From an uncultured Actinomycetes bacterium (GTDB lineage Bacteria > Actinomycetota > Thermoleophilia > RBG-16-64-13), in NCBI GenBank assembly GCA_963809395.1, contig CAWEJM010000018.1:128275-192274 (forward strand): a DNA stretch of 64,000 bases, written 5' to 3'. Position 1 is the first letter of the stretch, and every line of letters starts with the position of its first letter. Below the pieces are notes generated by a model. That model was not told where the DNA came from, did no database searches, and saw only the letters and a list, made by a program, of their open reading frames with translations. Positions 11,091-20,615 of this stretch are shown here, one piece after another. The translations under genes were made by a program, and so were the position numbers.

Positions 11091-12239
11091 GTGTTCGTCA
11101 CCTTCGGCACCCGGCCGGAGGCCATCAAGATGGCTCCGGTGGTGCTGGAGTTGAAGCGGCGCGGCGTCTTCCGGGTGGTCACCTGCCTCACCGGACAGCA
11201 CCGGGAGATGCTCGACCAGGTGATCGAGGCCTTCTCCCTGCCCGTCGACCACGACCTCAAGATCATGCGCGAGCGGCAGTCGCTGGGCCACATCACCTCG
11301 GCCGTGCTCGCCGGCATCGACCCCTTGCTGGAGGCCGACGAAGCCCGACCTGGTCATGGTGCACGGCGACACCACCACCACGTTCGCCGCCGCCCTGGCC
11401 GCCTTCTACCGCATGATCCCGGTGGCCCACGTGGAGGCCGGGCTGCGCACCGAACGACATCTACAGCCCCTATCCCGAGGAGATCAACCGACGGCTGGCC
11501 GACCGACTGGCCGAAGTCCTCTATGCGCCGACCCAGGGCGCGCGCGCGGCCTTGCTTCGCGAAGGCGCCGATCCGGAGCGCATCCTGGTCACCGGCAACA
11601 CGGTCATCGACGCCCTGATGGCGACGGCGGCTACCGCTCCTCCCGCCTGGGAGCCCCCGATAGCAGCCGCCCTCGATCGTCCCGGTCCCAAGGTGCTGGT
11701 CACCGTCCACCGCCGGGAGAGTTGGGGAGTGCCCATGGAGCGGGTCGCCCTCGCCATCAAGCAGGTGTGCGAGCAGATGCCGGCGGCGACGTTCGTCTTC
11801 CCCATCCACCTCAACCCGGTGGTGCGCAAGACCTTTCAGGGCGCGCTGGGAGACGTCGATCAGGTGGTCTTCACCGAGCCCCTGCCCTACCGGCCGTTCG
11901 TCCACCTGATGAAGGCCGTGGACGTGGTCATCACCGACTCGGGAGGGATCCAGGAAGAGGCGCCGTCGCTGGGCAAGCCGGTGCTGGTGATGCGCGACAC
12001 CACCGAGAGACCCGAAGGGCATAGAGGCGGGCACCGCCCGCCTGGTGGGCACCGATACCGCGACCATCGCCCGGGAGCTGCTGGCGTTGCTCACCGATCG
12101 CGCCCGGTACGACGCGATGGCCACCGCCATCAATCCCTACGGCGACGGACACGCGGCCGCGCGCATCGCCGATCATCTGGAGTATCGATTCGGGCTGCGG
12201 GCGACGCCGCCCCGAGGCTTCTCTCGCGCCGACCGCTGA
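11091..12239 (+). CDS. wecB: UDP-N-acetylglucosamine 2-epimerase (WecB/MnaA), at least 3 frameshifts.
   Basis: Fragments: [24 protein letters not shown]...[12 protein letters not shown]; [32 protein letters not shown]; [12 protein letters not shown]...[12 protein letters not shown]...[31 protein letters not shown]; [16 protein letters not shown]. Confidence 0.9.
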
Positions 12240-12515
12240 CTGGATATCCTCGAAGTCCGCTTGGTCATCGGGCTCCGCCGACATCAGATCGATGACGCTC
12301 TGATCTTCCTCCACCAGGCCGACGAAGACCACGGCCGGCCCTTGGTACAGGGTCACCCGAGCCCCCACCGGGAGCGGGACGGCGCTACCGTCGGCCCCGG
12401 TCACCCGGCGAAGGCGCGATTGGAGAACGTCCCTTTCGATCACCGCATGGGCGATAGCGAACGGCTCCTGGTCGTCGATCTGGATCTTTGGCTTGGAATC
12501 CGGACCGATCTCCAT
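12240..12515 (-). CDS. Small acidic hypothetical protein. The 3' end is uncertain.
   Basis: ATG 12515 is preceded by a GGGGAGG Shine-Dalgarno, 21 nt after the larB stop. Sequence: MEIGPDSKPKIQIDDQEPFAIAHAVIERDV...VTLYQGPAVVFVGLVEEDQSVIDLMSAEPDDQADFEDIQ. The ORF formally reads on to 11931, antisense through the wecB 3' end, which is probably not genuine. Confidence 0.4.
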
Positions 12516-12536
12516 GGATGCCTCCCCGTCCCTTGA

Positions 12537-13405
12537 TCACTCTCGACGTCGTCGGGCGATGAGCGCCGCGGCCGCGCCCGCTCCTACCCCGTTGTCGATG
12601 TTCACCGCCACCAGTCCGGGCGAGCAGCTCTGAAGAATGGAATACAGCGCGCCCGTGCCGTCGCCGCCCATCCCGTAGCCGGTGGAGGTAGGCACCCCGA
12701 TCACCGGGATATCCACCAGCCCCGCCACCACGGAGGGTAGCGCGCCTTCCATGCCCGCGGCGACTACCAGGACGTCGGCGCCCTTCTCCACCATGCGGGT
12801 GAGCGGCTCGAGCAGGCGATGGACCCCGGCCACCCCGGTGTCGTAGCCCCGCTCCACTTCGCAGCCCATGTGCACGATGACGAGGGCGGCCTCTTCGGCC
12901 ACCGGTATGTCGGAGGTCCCGGCCGTGATCAGACCCACGCAGCCCCGCTTCTCGGGCGGCCGGTACGACAGGCGTGTGTGCGGCCAGCACGCCCGCGGCG
13001 GCGTTGTAGTCGAAGCTCAGCCCGGCGACGGGGCGACGGCATCCTCCTCGTGCGAGTCGCTCGGTCGAGCCCTCTCGCTCGACCCGCTTCCGTGCCGCCC
13101 GTCAAAGCCTGCCGCAGCACCTCTGCCCGATCCGGCTCCAGCCGGCTCACGAGGGCCAGGCCCCGATCGGCCAGGAAGTGGCGCACGATGGATGCCAGAT
13201 CGGGGTCGCTCTTTCGAGGGGCGTAGATGACCTCGGGCACGCCCTTGCGCAGGTCGCGGTTGGTGTCCAGACGGGCGAACTCGCCCAGTTGCGTCACCTG
13301 AAGCAGCCGCAGCTTCTGCAGCACGTCCTCCAAGCCCATATCCCCGGCCACCAGCCCCTCCAGGAGGCGTCGCAGATCGTGACCGTGATGGGCGCCATCG
13401 CTCAT
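12537..13405 (-). CDS. larB: LarB (pyridinium-3,5-biscarboxylic acid mononucleotide synthase; PurE-like), frameshifted.
   Basis: C-terminal domain: [19 protein letters not shown]...[10 protein letters not shown]...[32 protein letters not shown]...[17 protein letters not shown]-terminal domain: [24 protein letters not shown]...[23 protein letters not shown]. Confidence 0.85.
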
Positions 13406-14445
13406 AGCTCTGAACACCTTTCGCGCAGTGTCGCCGAGCGCCGCCGCTCGGGCTCCGGGAGCCAATCCGCCAAACCCTTCGAAGTATCTTCCCGGAGAGA
13501 GGAGGGGATAATCGCTGCCAAAAATCAGCTTCCCTTCCCCGGCACACGAGACGGCCACTGCATAGACATCCGGACCATACAGATACGGGACCGCCGACGT
13601 ATCGTAGTACACGCGGGCGAGCGCCCTCCGCACCTCGGGCATGAGTTCGTACAGGAAGAGCCCGCCGCCCATGTGCGCGAATACGATGGTCAACGCCGGG
13701 TGAGCCTGCGCCAAGGCGAAGCAGGCCTCCGGAGTGAAGCGGCCCTTGCCCGGGTAGTGGTGGCCCACCGGCTCGTTGGCGTGGATGAGAAGAGGCAGGT
13801 CGCGCTCCTCCAGACAGCGGGCGATGGCGGCGAAGCCGTCCGGCGCTGGAGCGCCGGGCGCGCGGGCGCGCGAGCTGCCCCGCGGCGCCGCCCCGGCGCC
13901 GCTCGCCGCGCCTAGGCTCGCCACCGAAACCCTGACCGTCGGGCATCAGTTCGCCGCACCCGCGCAGGCCGGCGTCCAGGCATCGCTCCAACTCGGCCAC
14001 GGCGCCCGGCGCGCCCGGCGACACGCAGGCCAGACCGGCCAACCGGCCGGGATGCCGGCCCACGGCCTCGATGACGTAGTCGTTGACCATCCGGCACAGC
14101 CCCTGGTCGGCGAAGGCGAAGCCGAAGACGACCGACAGCTCCACTCCGGCCGCGTCCATGTGTGCCACCACCTCGTCGGCGGTCGACCATGCGCGCCTCC
14201 GGGGACCCGTACAGGGCGCCGAACCAGGCGTCCCGCCCCAGGTAGGCCTCGCGCTCGCGGATGATCTCCGGGGGGAAGATGTGGACGTGAGCGTCCACCG
14301 GGCCGGCGCCGGCCGCGGGCCGGGCTTGGGCGGCCGACTCCGCTGCGCCCGCGGGCCCGGGCCCGGCTTGCCGCCCGCCCGCGACAGCCTTGCCGGAGGC
14401 CTCAGGCAACGGCGGTGAGGAGTATGGTCTCCACCAGGTCTTCAT
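13406..14445 (-). CDS. Amidohydrolase_2 (TIM-barrel metal-dependent hydrolase/decarboxylase) family protein, frameshifted. In frame with larB with no stop between them.
   Basis: Segments: VDAHVHIFPPEIIREREAYLGRDAWFGALYG; DEVVAHMDAAGVELSVVFGFAFADQGL...NDYVIEAVGRHPGRLAGLACV; LPLLIHANEPVGHHYPG; IVFAHMGGG...YYDTSA...LIFGSDYPLL. The true start may be GTG 14298. Confidence 0.7.
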
Positions 14446-15366
14446 AGGAGAGCCCCGCCGCCCGAGCCTGGGCCGGCAGATCCGACAGCTCCGTCATGCC
14501 GGGCAGGTGTTGACCTCGACGAACCAGGGCACCCCCGCCTGGTCGACCATCATGTCCACGCGGGCGTAGCCCCGGCAGCCGACGGCCTCGAAGGCCGCCA
14601 CCGCCACCCGTCTGCGCCTCCTCGTCCACGGCCGGCTCCAGGCGGGCGGGAAGGATGAACTCCGTCATGCCCTCGGTGTACTTGGCCTCGTAGTCGTAGA
14701 ACTCGTTCTTGGGCACCAGCTCCAGGATGGGCAGAGACCTCGCGCCGTCCCTCGCGCTCCAGCACCCCCACCGTTATCTCCCGACCGGAGACGAACCGTT
14801 CGGCGAACATCGCCCCGAACTCGGCCCGCCCCTGCGCGACGCAGGCCAGCAAGCTCGACGGACCGCTTGCACTTGGACACTCCCAGGCTGGAACCCTCTT
14901 CCACCGGCTTCAGCATCACGGGCAGGCCCAACTCGGCTTCCACCCGAGCGGCCACCGAGTCCGCCGGCTCGTCCGCGCCGATCTCGCAGTAGTCGGGAGT
15001 GGGCACGCCGCTGCCCCGCACCACCTTCTTGGCCGCGATCTTGTTCATCCCCAGCGCCGAAGCCAGGACTCCGGAGCCGGTGTAGGGGATGCCCATCATC
15101 TCCAGCAGCCCCTGGATGGTGCCGTCCTCGCCGTAGCGTCCGTGCAGCGCGAGGAAGGCGACCTCGACCCCTGTTTCGTCGAGGCGCTGAGCCACGTCGC
15201 GGACGGCGTCGATGCGCACCGCCCGATAGCCGCGCGACAGCAGGGCGCGCAGGCAGTTCTCGCCCGAGCGCAGGGAGATCTCCCGCTCCCCGGACAGGCC
15301 GCCCATGAGCACGCCGATGGTCTTGGTCTTGAGGGTCTGGACGATCCATGCGGGGAACTGTACCAC
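14402..15366 (-). CDS. ddl: D-alanine--D-alanine ligase, frameshifted.
   Basis: Segments: [19 protein letters not shown]...[45 protein letters not shown]; [17 protein letters not shown]; [17 protein letters not shown]; [19 protein letters not shown]; [24 protein letters not shown]. Confidence 0.9.
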
Positions 15367-15387
15367 AGCCCCCGCGCGGCCCCGGCG

Positions 15388-16359
15388 CTACCCGGCCGCC
15401 GCCCGCGCCCGTTCCGGCACCGGCAACGGCGAGCCCGCCACCCGCCGGAACGCCGCCGTGCTCTGGGCCCCGCTCTCGGCTGCGTACATGAGGTCGTCGG
15501 CGTTCAGACCATCGGCGGGAGCCGACGCCCATCCCACCACGCACTCGACCCGGTGCCCGTCGATCAGATGCTCGCACACCTTGCGGCCGAGCGGTCATGG
15601 CCAGGCCTTCGACGTCATAGGGATCGCTCCATCCGAATGCCGCTTCCTCCTTGCGACGTCCGCTCGAGCGGCTCCGGGTTCGGTCTCGAACAGGAAGGCC
15701 ACCCGCCCGCCGGGAAGGGGGAAGTGCTGGGCGTCGGGGCCCAGAAGACGCAGCCCTCGCCGGCTCACGGCCGAGAGCACCCGCTCCGACGCTTCTTCGC
15801 CGTAGTACGACGCGGTCTCCTCGAAGCGCAGCGACGCGCAGCACCACCAGCCCGAAACGAGCCCCGGTGGTGGTGAAGACCCGCAGGCGCACGCGCACCG
15901 CCCGCTCCAAGCCGGTCTCCGCGTCCGACTCCTGTCGGAGCGGGCCGACGCCGATCGCCGCTCGCCGCGCACGCGGTCCGGCTGAAGCCCGGGCAGCGGT
16001 CTCCGCCCGTGCCCGATCGGCCCAGTAGGTGACCGCCAGCCCGGCAGCGCATACCAGGAGCGAGGATGACCCGCATCGCCGCCGCGGAGCTCCACACCAG
16101 CAGCGGCAGGAGGATGGCGGTGTCGGTGAGGCACAAGCAGATAGCCCAGGCGGCGATCGCCGGAGAAGTGGCGTGACAAGCGAAGAGACCACAGGGAGTA
16201 GAGGACGACAAAGACGACGTAGAAGACCCAGACGGAGGCGGAGCGCACTCCGGTGAGCGGTGGACCGAGAAGAGCCAGGAAGGTGAGGAGCGGAAGCCTG
16301 ACACGAGCTTTCTGGTGCTCGGTCACACGCGGAAGCGGGGCTGTGCGCTGTCCTGTCAT
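15388..16359 (-). CDS. Membrane protein with a C-terminal degenerate GGDEF-like domain, frameshifted.
   Basis: N-terminal TM segments: LPLLTFLALLGPPL, VWVFYVVFVVLYSLWSL, AICLCLTDTAILLPLLVW. C-terminal alignment by eye: ETGLERAV...LRFEETASYYGEEASERVL...PLPGGRVAFLFE...VECVVGWASAP...ADDLMYAAESGAQ. The DxxFK, YGH, GD and GGDEF positions are replaced. Confidence 0.45.
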
Positions 16360-16445
16360 GTGGGCTCAATTGCAGTGTAAGGGAAATGCAACGGCTTTTG
16401 CAATAGGTATTGCTAAATTATGCTAAGTGAAATGGCACTGTTCAC
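16360..16445. promoter_or_regulatory. AT-rich island with repeated TTGCA/TGCAA motifs. Candidate promoter/operator for the GGDEF-like gene.
   Basis: attgcagtgtaagggaaatgcaacggcttttgcaataggtattgctaaattatgc stands out against the GC-rich background. It contains the imperfect inverted repeat TTGCAAT-aggt-ATTGCtAA. On the minus strand: TTGCAA, 17 nt, TTACAC(T), about 15 nt before ATG 16359. Confidence 0.3.
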
Positions 16446-16541
16446 CCAGGGCGGACGATATCCGCTGTGAGAGGACCGAAGGTCGAGAGCGCTGCGGCAG
16501 CACGCGAGGCGCTGCGGGCACGGCCGCCGACGGCGGGAGCT

Positions 16542-16971
16542 CTAGGGGACCAGCAGGATCGGCACCTTGACGTGACGGGCGACGCGGTCGCTGACGCTGC
16601 CCAGCACCAGGTCCTTCGGCTCGTTGCGGCTCCTGCGACCCATGACGACCAGATCGGCCCCGCTGGTCTCTATCTCCGCCAGAATGGTTTCCGGGGCCGA
16701 GCCAAAGACGACCTTGACCTCCGCGCCGACGCCCTCGCGGCGCAGCAGCGGCGACGGCGGACCCGAGAGCCTCTTGGGCCATCCGCTCCACGTACTTCTC
16801 GATCGTCCGTTCGTCCATGTTGGCGGCGAGCACCACGTGTTGCGGCACCGAGACCGCGGTGAGCAGGATGAACTCGGCCTGATAGCGCGCGACCATCTGG
16901 GCGGCGACCTCGACGCCCCGCAACGAGGCTTCGGTGCCGTCGGTGGCGGCCAGTATCCGATGGAAGATCAA
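16542..16971 (-). CDS. Universal stress protein (UspA family), frameshifted.
   Basis: Segments: IFHRILAATDGTEASLRGVEVAAQMVARYQAEFILLTAV, then in other frames GADLVVMG and KVPILLVP followed by the stop. The TTG start at 16971 is a guess. The longer ORF would overlap tRNA-Ala. Confidence 0.7.
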
Positions 16972-17008
16972 CGACGTCTCTCCCGCGATCTCTCTCCTGC
17001 AAGGGAGG

Positions 17009-17081
17009 TGGAGGATACCGGGGTCGAACCGGCGACCTCCGCCGTGCAAAGGCGGCGCTCTCCCAACTGAGCTAATCCCCC
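17009..17081 (-). tRNA. tRNA-Ala (anticodon TGC).
   Basis: Hand-folded cloverleaf: GGGGGAT/TA/GCTC-AGTTGGGA-GAGC/G/CCGCC-TTTGCAC-GGCGG/AGGTC/GCCGG-TTCGACC-CCGGT/ATCCTCC/A. The G3:U70 Ala identity pair is present. The 3' end is encoded as CCT, so CCA is not fully encoded. Confidence 0.93.
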
Positions 17082-17120
17082 ACGCGTGGACGATTCGGAA
17101 CCTGCGGGTCGGGAAGTCGA

Positions 17121-17197
<77 letters not shown>

Positions 17198-17207
17198 ATG
17201 CGCGGGT

Positions 17208-17235
17208 AGTTTACCGGCATTCCAAGTGATGTCAA
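17208..17235 (-). promoter_or_regulatory. Sigma70-type promoter for the tRNA-Ile/tRNA-Ala unit.
   Basis: On the minus strand: TTGACA (17230-17235), 16 nt, TAAACT (17208-17213), ending 10 nt before the mature tRNA-Ile 5' end. Confidence 0.5.
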
Positions 17236-17338
17236 GGAAGGCCCCCGACCGGCCGGAGGCCTTGGTCGAAGCCGAGCGCCAGGTGACGTAAGAGGCCGCT
17301 CGGGGTAACCTAGGGGTGGATACCGGAGCGAGGAGACC

Positions 17339-17824
17339 ATGCAAGGCTTCGAAAAAGTCACCGTGTACGGCGTCAGCTTCGATGTGGCCAGCAAGCAGCC
17401 CATCGTCCTCTTGAAGGTGGAGGGAAAGAACCGCTTTCTGCCCATCTGGATCGGACACCCGGAAGCGGCCGCCATCCTGATGAAACTGCAGAACGCCGAG
17501 CTGCCTCGCCCGATGACCCACGATCTGCTCGCGGCCATCATCGAGCAGCTCTCCGCCAACGTCGCCAGCGTCCTGGTCACCGAACTGCGCGACAACACCT
17601 TCTACGCGGTGCTCAGCTCGAGGCGGGCGGCCAGGAGATACGAGTGGACTCCCGGCCTTCGGACGCCATCGCCCTGGCCGTGCGGACCGACGCCCCCATC
17701 TTCGCCTCCACGGAACTGCTCGAGACGAACGGCATCGAGTTCGAGCAGGAGGTCGAAGACATCGAGGACATCGTCAAGGAGTTCAGGCAGTTCCTCGACG
17801 AGGTCTCGCCGCGAGGACTTCTAA
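17339..17824 (+). CDS. Bifunctional nuclease family protein (BFN/DUF151), frameshifted.
   Basis: Segments: VYGVSFDVASKQPIVLLKVEGKNRFLPIWIGHPEAAAILMKLQNAELPRPMTHDLL, then VDSRPSDAIALAVRTDAPIFASTELLE in a second frame. Confidence 0.75.
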   Translation: MQGFEKVTVYGVSFDVASKQPIVLLKVEGKNRFLPIWIGHPEAAAILMKLQNAELPRPMTHDLLAAIIEQLSANVASVLVTELRDNTFYAVLSSRRAARRYEWTPGLRTPSPWPCGPTPPSSPPRNCSRRTASSSSRRSKTSRTSSRSSGSSSTRSRREDF

Positions 17825-18190
17825 GAGCTTCGCGACAGCGGCGCCGGATCCTGCGCGGGAGCGCCCCGGGCGGGAGCGCCGGGCGCACTGCTTACCGCCG
17901 CTTTGTTCTCCCAGGGCGGCCGCTTCGCGCTTGGCCACCTGCAGGATCAGCGCGTAGATCTCGCGCAGACCCTCGTTGGACAGCGGGCCTCGGTTCGCGC
18001 GGCACAGGTACGTGACGACCCAGTCTTCCTGGGCGGCATCGTAGAAGCTGAGGCCCTGGGCCTCCTTGTAGTCCTTGAGGCTCTTGACCAGCTTGACCCG
18101 CTTGTTGAGGGCCTCCAAGATCTTGAGATCGTTGTCGGAGATCTGCTCCCGGTAGTGCTTGATGACCGGGTCGGTGCTCGCAGTCGCCAC
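17783..18190 (-). CDS. Chorismate mutase (AroQ class).
   Basis: IKHYREQISDNDLKILEALNKRVKLVKSLKDYK...ANRGPLSNEGLREIYALILQVAKRE. The C-terminal roughly 35 aa of the ORF are probably read-through. Confidence 0.7.
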   Translation of the reverse strand: MATASTDPVIKHYREQISDNDLKILEALNKRVKLVKSLKDYKEAQGLSFYDAAQEDWVVTYLCRANRGPLSNEGLREIYALILQVAKREAAALGEQSGGKQCARRSRPGRSRAGSGAAVAKLLEVLAARPRRGTA

Positions 18191-18268
18191 GTTGCCTCCT
18201 CTTCGCGGCCAGGGCGTTGCCGCCTGGCCCAGCTCTCTACGTCACGCAGCGTTCGATGAGCTTCTAGG

Positions 18269-19694
18269 CTACCGCACTCCTCGCGGCGCTGACCAACCCC
18301 GAGAGGCCCGGCGCACGGACGCTTCGGCCGGCTCAACCGCGGCTCCGGCGCGGAGCGACCGGCCGCGTAGGCGGCGCACTGGCGCACGAACCGCGGGGCC
18401 ATGTCCGGCGTGGCGGCCAGATGCACGAAGACCCGGGAGCACAGGAGCGAGCCGGTCGCCGCGCCCTCGGCCTGTCCGCCGGGCGCCCCGACGCCCCGCA
18501 CGGTCAAGGGGGGATCCCAACCGGCGTTGCGGTTGAGCATCTCGACGTCGGTCACCACCCACCCGGTCACGGTCTCGCCCTCGCGCCAGCAGCAGGCTGT
18601 CCCGCTCGGCGGTCACTTCCACGTACGCCGGCTCCTCCAGATCCCACAGGATCTCGCCTTCGGCAGGGAGCACGTCGGCCAGCTCCACGGTCCGCCCCAG
18701 CGAATCCTGGATCTTGCTGAGCAGGATCAGCGACCCTCCGCCCAGGGCCACGGTGGGCAGACCTTCGCTGATGCGCACGCGCATATCGCGGAGCAAGGAC
18801 TGGTTCATGGCGATGTCCGGCAGGTCCGCCGGCCAGACGGTGCCGGCCAGGACCAGACCGGCGGTCTCCGCCGGCAGCGCGTCGTCCTCCACCAGGTCGA
18901 GGCGGCGGACCTGGGCCCCGGCCGAGCGCAGCACCTCGATGGAGTCGCGGCTCCAGGGCGTGAAGCCCTTCCCGCCCGCGACCACGACCAGCGGGCCGTC
19001 CGACCCCCCGGTCGATCAGCCAGTTCTGCGAAGACAGGAACCCTCGCTGACCGGCGAGGGCCTCCAGACCGCTGATGTCGACCTGGCGAGAGACCGCTTC
19101 CAGGAGCGTCGTCTCCAGCGGCAGCCCCCACGCCCCGGGCGGCGTCGCATCCCAACCGGGCCCGTCTCCCTCGAAAAGGCAGCCCACAACGGGTACGTCC
19201 TCCTCGGCGAGCACCCGCCGCAGCAGCTCGCGGTGGTCGCGATCGGCGACCCCCGACAGCACCGCTCCGGCCAGGTTGAGGCCGGCGAGGTGAGACTTGA
19301 GACCGGTCACCAGCGCCCGGATACCGGTGCCCCAGCCCCGACAGTCCATGACCACGACCACCGGACAGTCCAAGAGGCGGGCCACGTCGGCGGGCAGCCA
19401 GTCGACCCCTTCCCTCCGATCGAGCACACCGCCGCTCGACGAGAGCAGGGAGAGATGGGCGCCCCGGGTGGCCACGTCGTACAGGCCGAGGAGGGCCTCC
19501 TCGCCGTAGAGGGCGGGGTCGAGAAAGGCCGCGCCCTCCCAGCGATCCCACGACGAGACCGGGCTCGAGGGGCCAAGGTGGTGGTAGCGGACCCGCTGTC
19601 CCTGGGCGGTGACGATCTCGGCCACCGCCGCCGCCACCGCGTTGGCCAGACCCGTGTGGTGCGTGGGGACCAGCAGGACCCGCGGTACGGACAT
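18269..19694 (-). CDS. CobB/CbiA (cobyrinic acid a,c-diamide synthase)-like protein with degenerate catalytic motifs, frameshifted.
   Basis: The N-domain pattern LSLLSSSGGVLDRREG...ADVARLLDCPVVVVMDCRG...GLNLAGAVLSGV resembles CobB/CobQ/BioD-type ATPase domains. C-domain: VVVAGGKGFTPWSRDSIEVLRSAGAQV...LPTVALGGGSLIL. The P-loop position reads PTHHTGLANA, and the nucleophile position reads ALGGGS rather than AECGG. The 3' end is uncertain. Confidence 0.45.
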
Positions 19695-19728
19695 GAGCTC
19701 CCCCTCTCCGACCCCTTGCTACGACCTG

Positions 19729-20400
19729 CGACTGATGAGGATGAGCCGCACCAGCTGCAGGATCGCCATCAGACGCAGCCGCCACATAGGTGAGCGCGGC
19801 CGCGCTCAGGACCTTCTTCGCCCCGGTCAGTTCGTCGGCCACCAGGATGCTGCGGTCGGAGAGCTGCGCCATGGCCCGCCGCGAGGCGTTGAACTCCACC
19901 GGCAGCGTGACCAGCGTGAAGAGCACCGCCGCCGCGTACAGCACGATGCCGATGTTCATCAGCAGCCCGCTACGGAAGAAGACCAGGCCCACGAAGAACA
20001 GGATGAACCCGAAGTTGGTGCCGATGTTGGCCACCGGCACCAGAGCGCTCCGGAACTTGAAGGGCACGTAGCCGTCGGCGTGCTGCATGGCGTGGCCGGC
20101 CTCGTGCGCGGCCACCCCCAGCGCGGCCAGCGAGTTGCTGTTGCCCACCTCCGGGCTCAGGGTGAGCGTCCGCGAGCGGGGGTCGTAGTGGTCGGAAAGG
20201 CGGCTTCCGGCCACCTCGATGCCCACGTCGGAGAGCCCGGCCGAATCGAGCACCAGGCGGGCGGCCTGAGCGCCGGTGAGACCCCGAGCAGACGGCACCT
20301 GCGAGTAGCGGTTGAAGCTAGAACTGACCTTGGCCTGAGCGTAGATACCCAGGATCAGAGCCGGCACCAGCAGGATGAGGGACCAGTACCAGAAGTACAT
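19729..20400 (-). CDS. YugP-type membrane zinc metallopeptidase (Zn_peptidase_2), one frameshift near the 3' end.
   Basis: MYFWYWSLILLVPALILGIYAQAKVSSSFNRYS...LSDHYDPRSRTLTLS...LAALGVAAHEAGHAMQHADGY. The HExxH motif is present. An AAGGAG Shine-Dalgarno precedes ATG 20400. Confidence 0.8.
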
Positions 20401-20615
20401 CGATCATGCTCCTTGTTCCCAGCGAGCGATATCCCGCTTATTGCCGGGAAGATGATATCAGAAGCCCTCTTTGGCCGGTCCCGAGGCGCCAACGGGTTTG
20501 AGACCCGCGAGTAACTGGTACACTCCCGCCTGGGATCGAACCGAATAGTCTATGACCCTTTCGGGAAGAAGAAAGAATCGACCCCGTAAATCAAACGGCC
20601 CAAAGGAGGGCGAGA

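Noticed and set aside
13380-13440. Calling the amidohydrolase-LarB and TagA-CsaB junctions definite gene fusions.
   Set aside because: Given the indel rate, in-frame continuity cannot be trusted. Both junctions contain ATGA or TTGA tetranucleotides, which are typical of separate, coupled genes in this window.
16360-16445. A sigma54 (-24/-12) promoter in the AT-rich island (TAGCAA..ATTGCA).
   Set aside because: The GG of the -24 element is replaced by AG, and the GG-to-GC spacing is 11 rather than 10.
20401-20615. A riboswitch or ncRNA in the 215-nt divergent region between the YugP and cytochrome c genes.
   Set aside because: Only weak 5-bp hairpins and two GATATC sites are present, and no known motif was recognised. 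It is most simply two divergent promoters.
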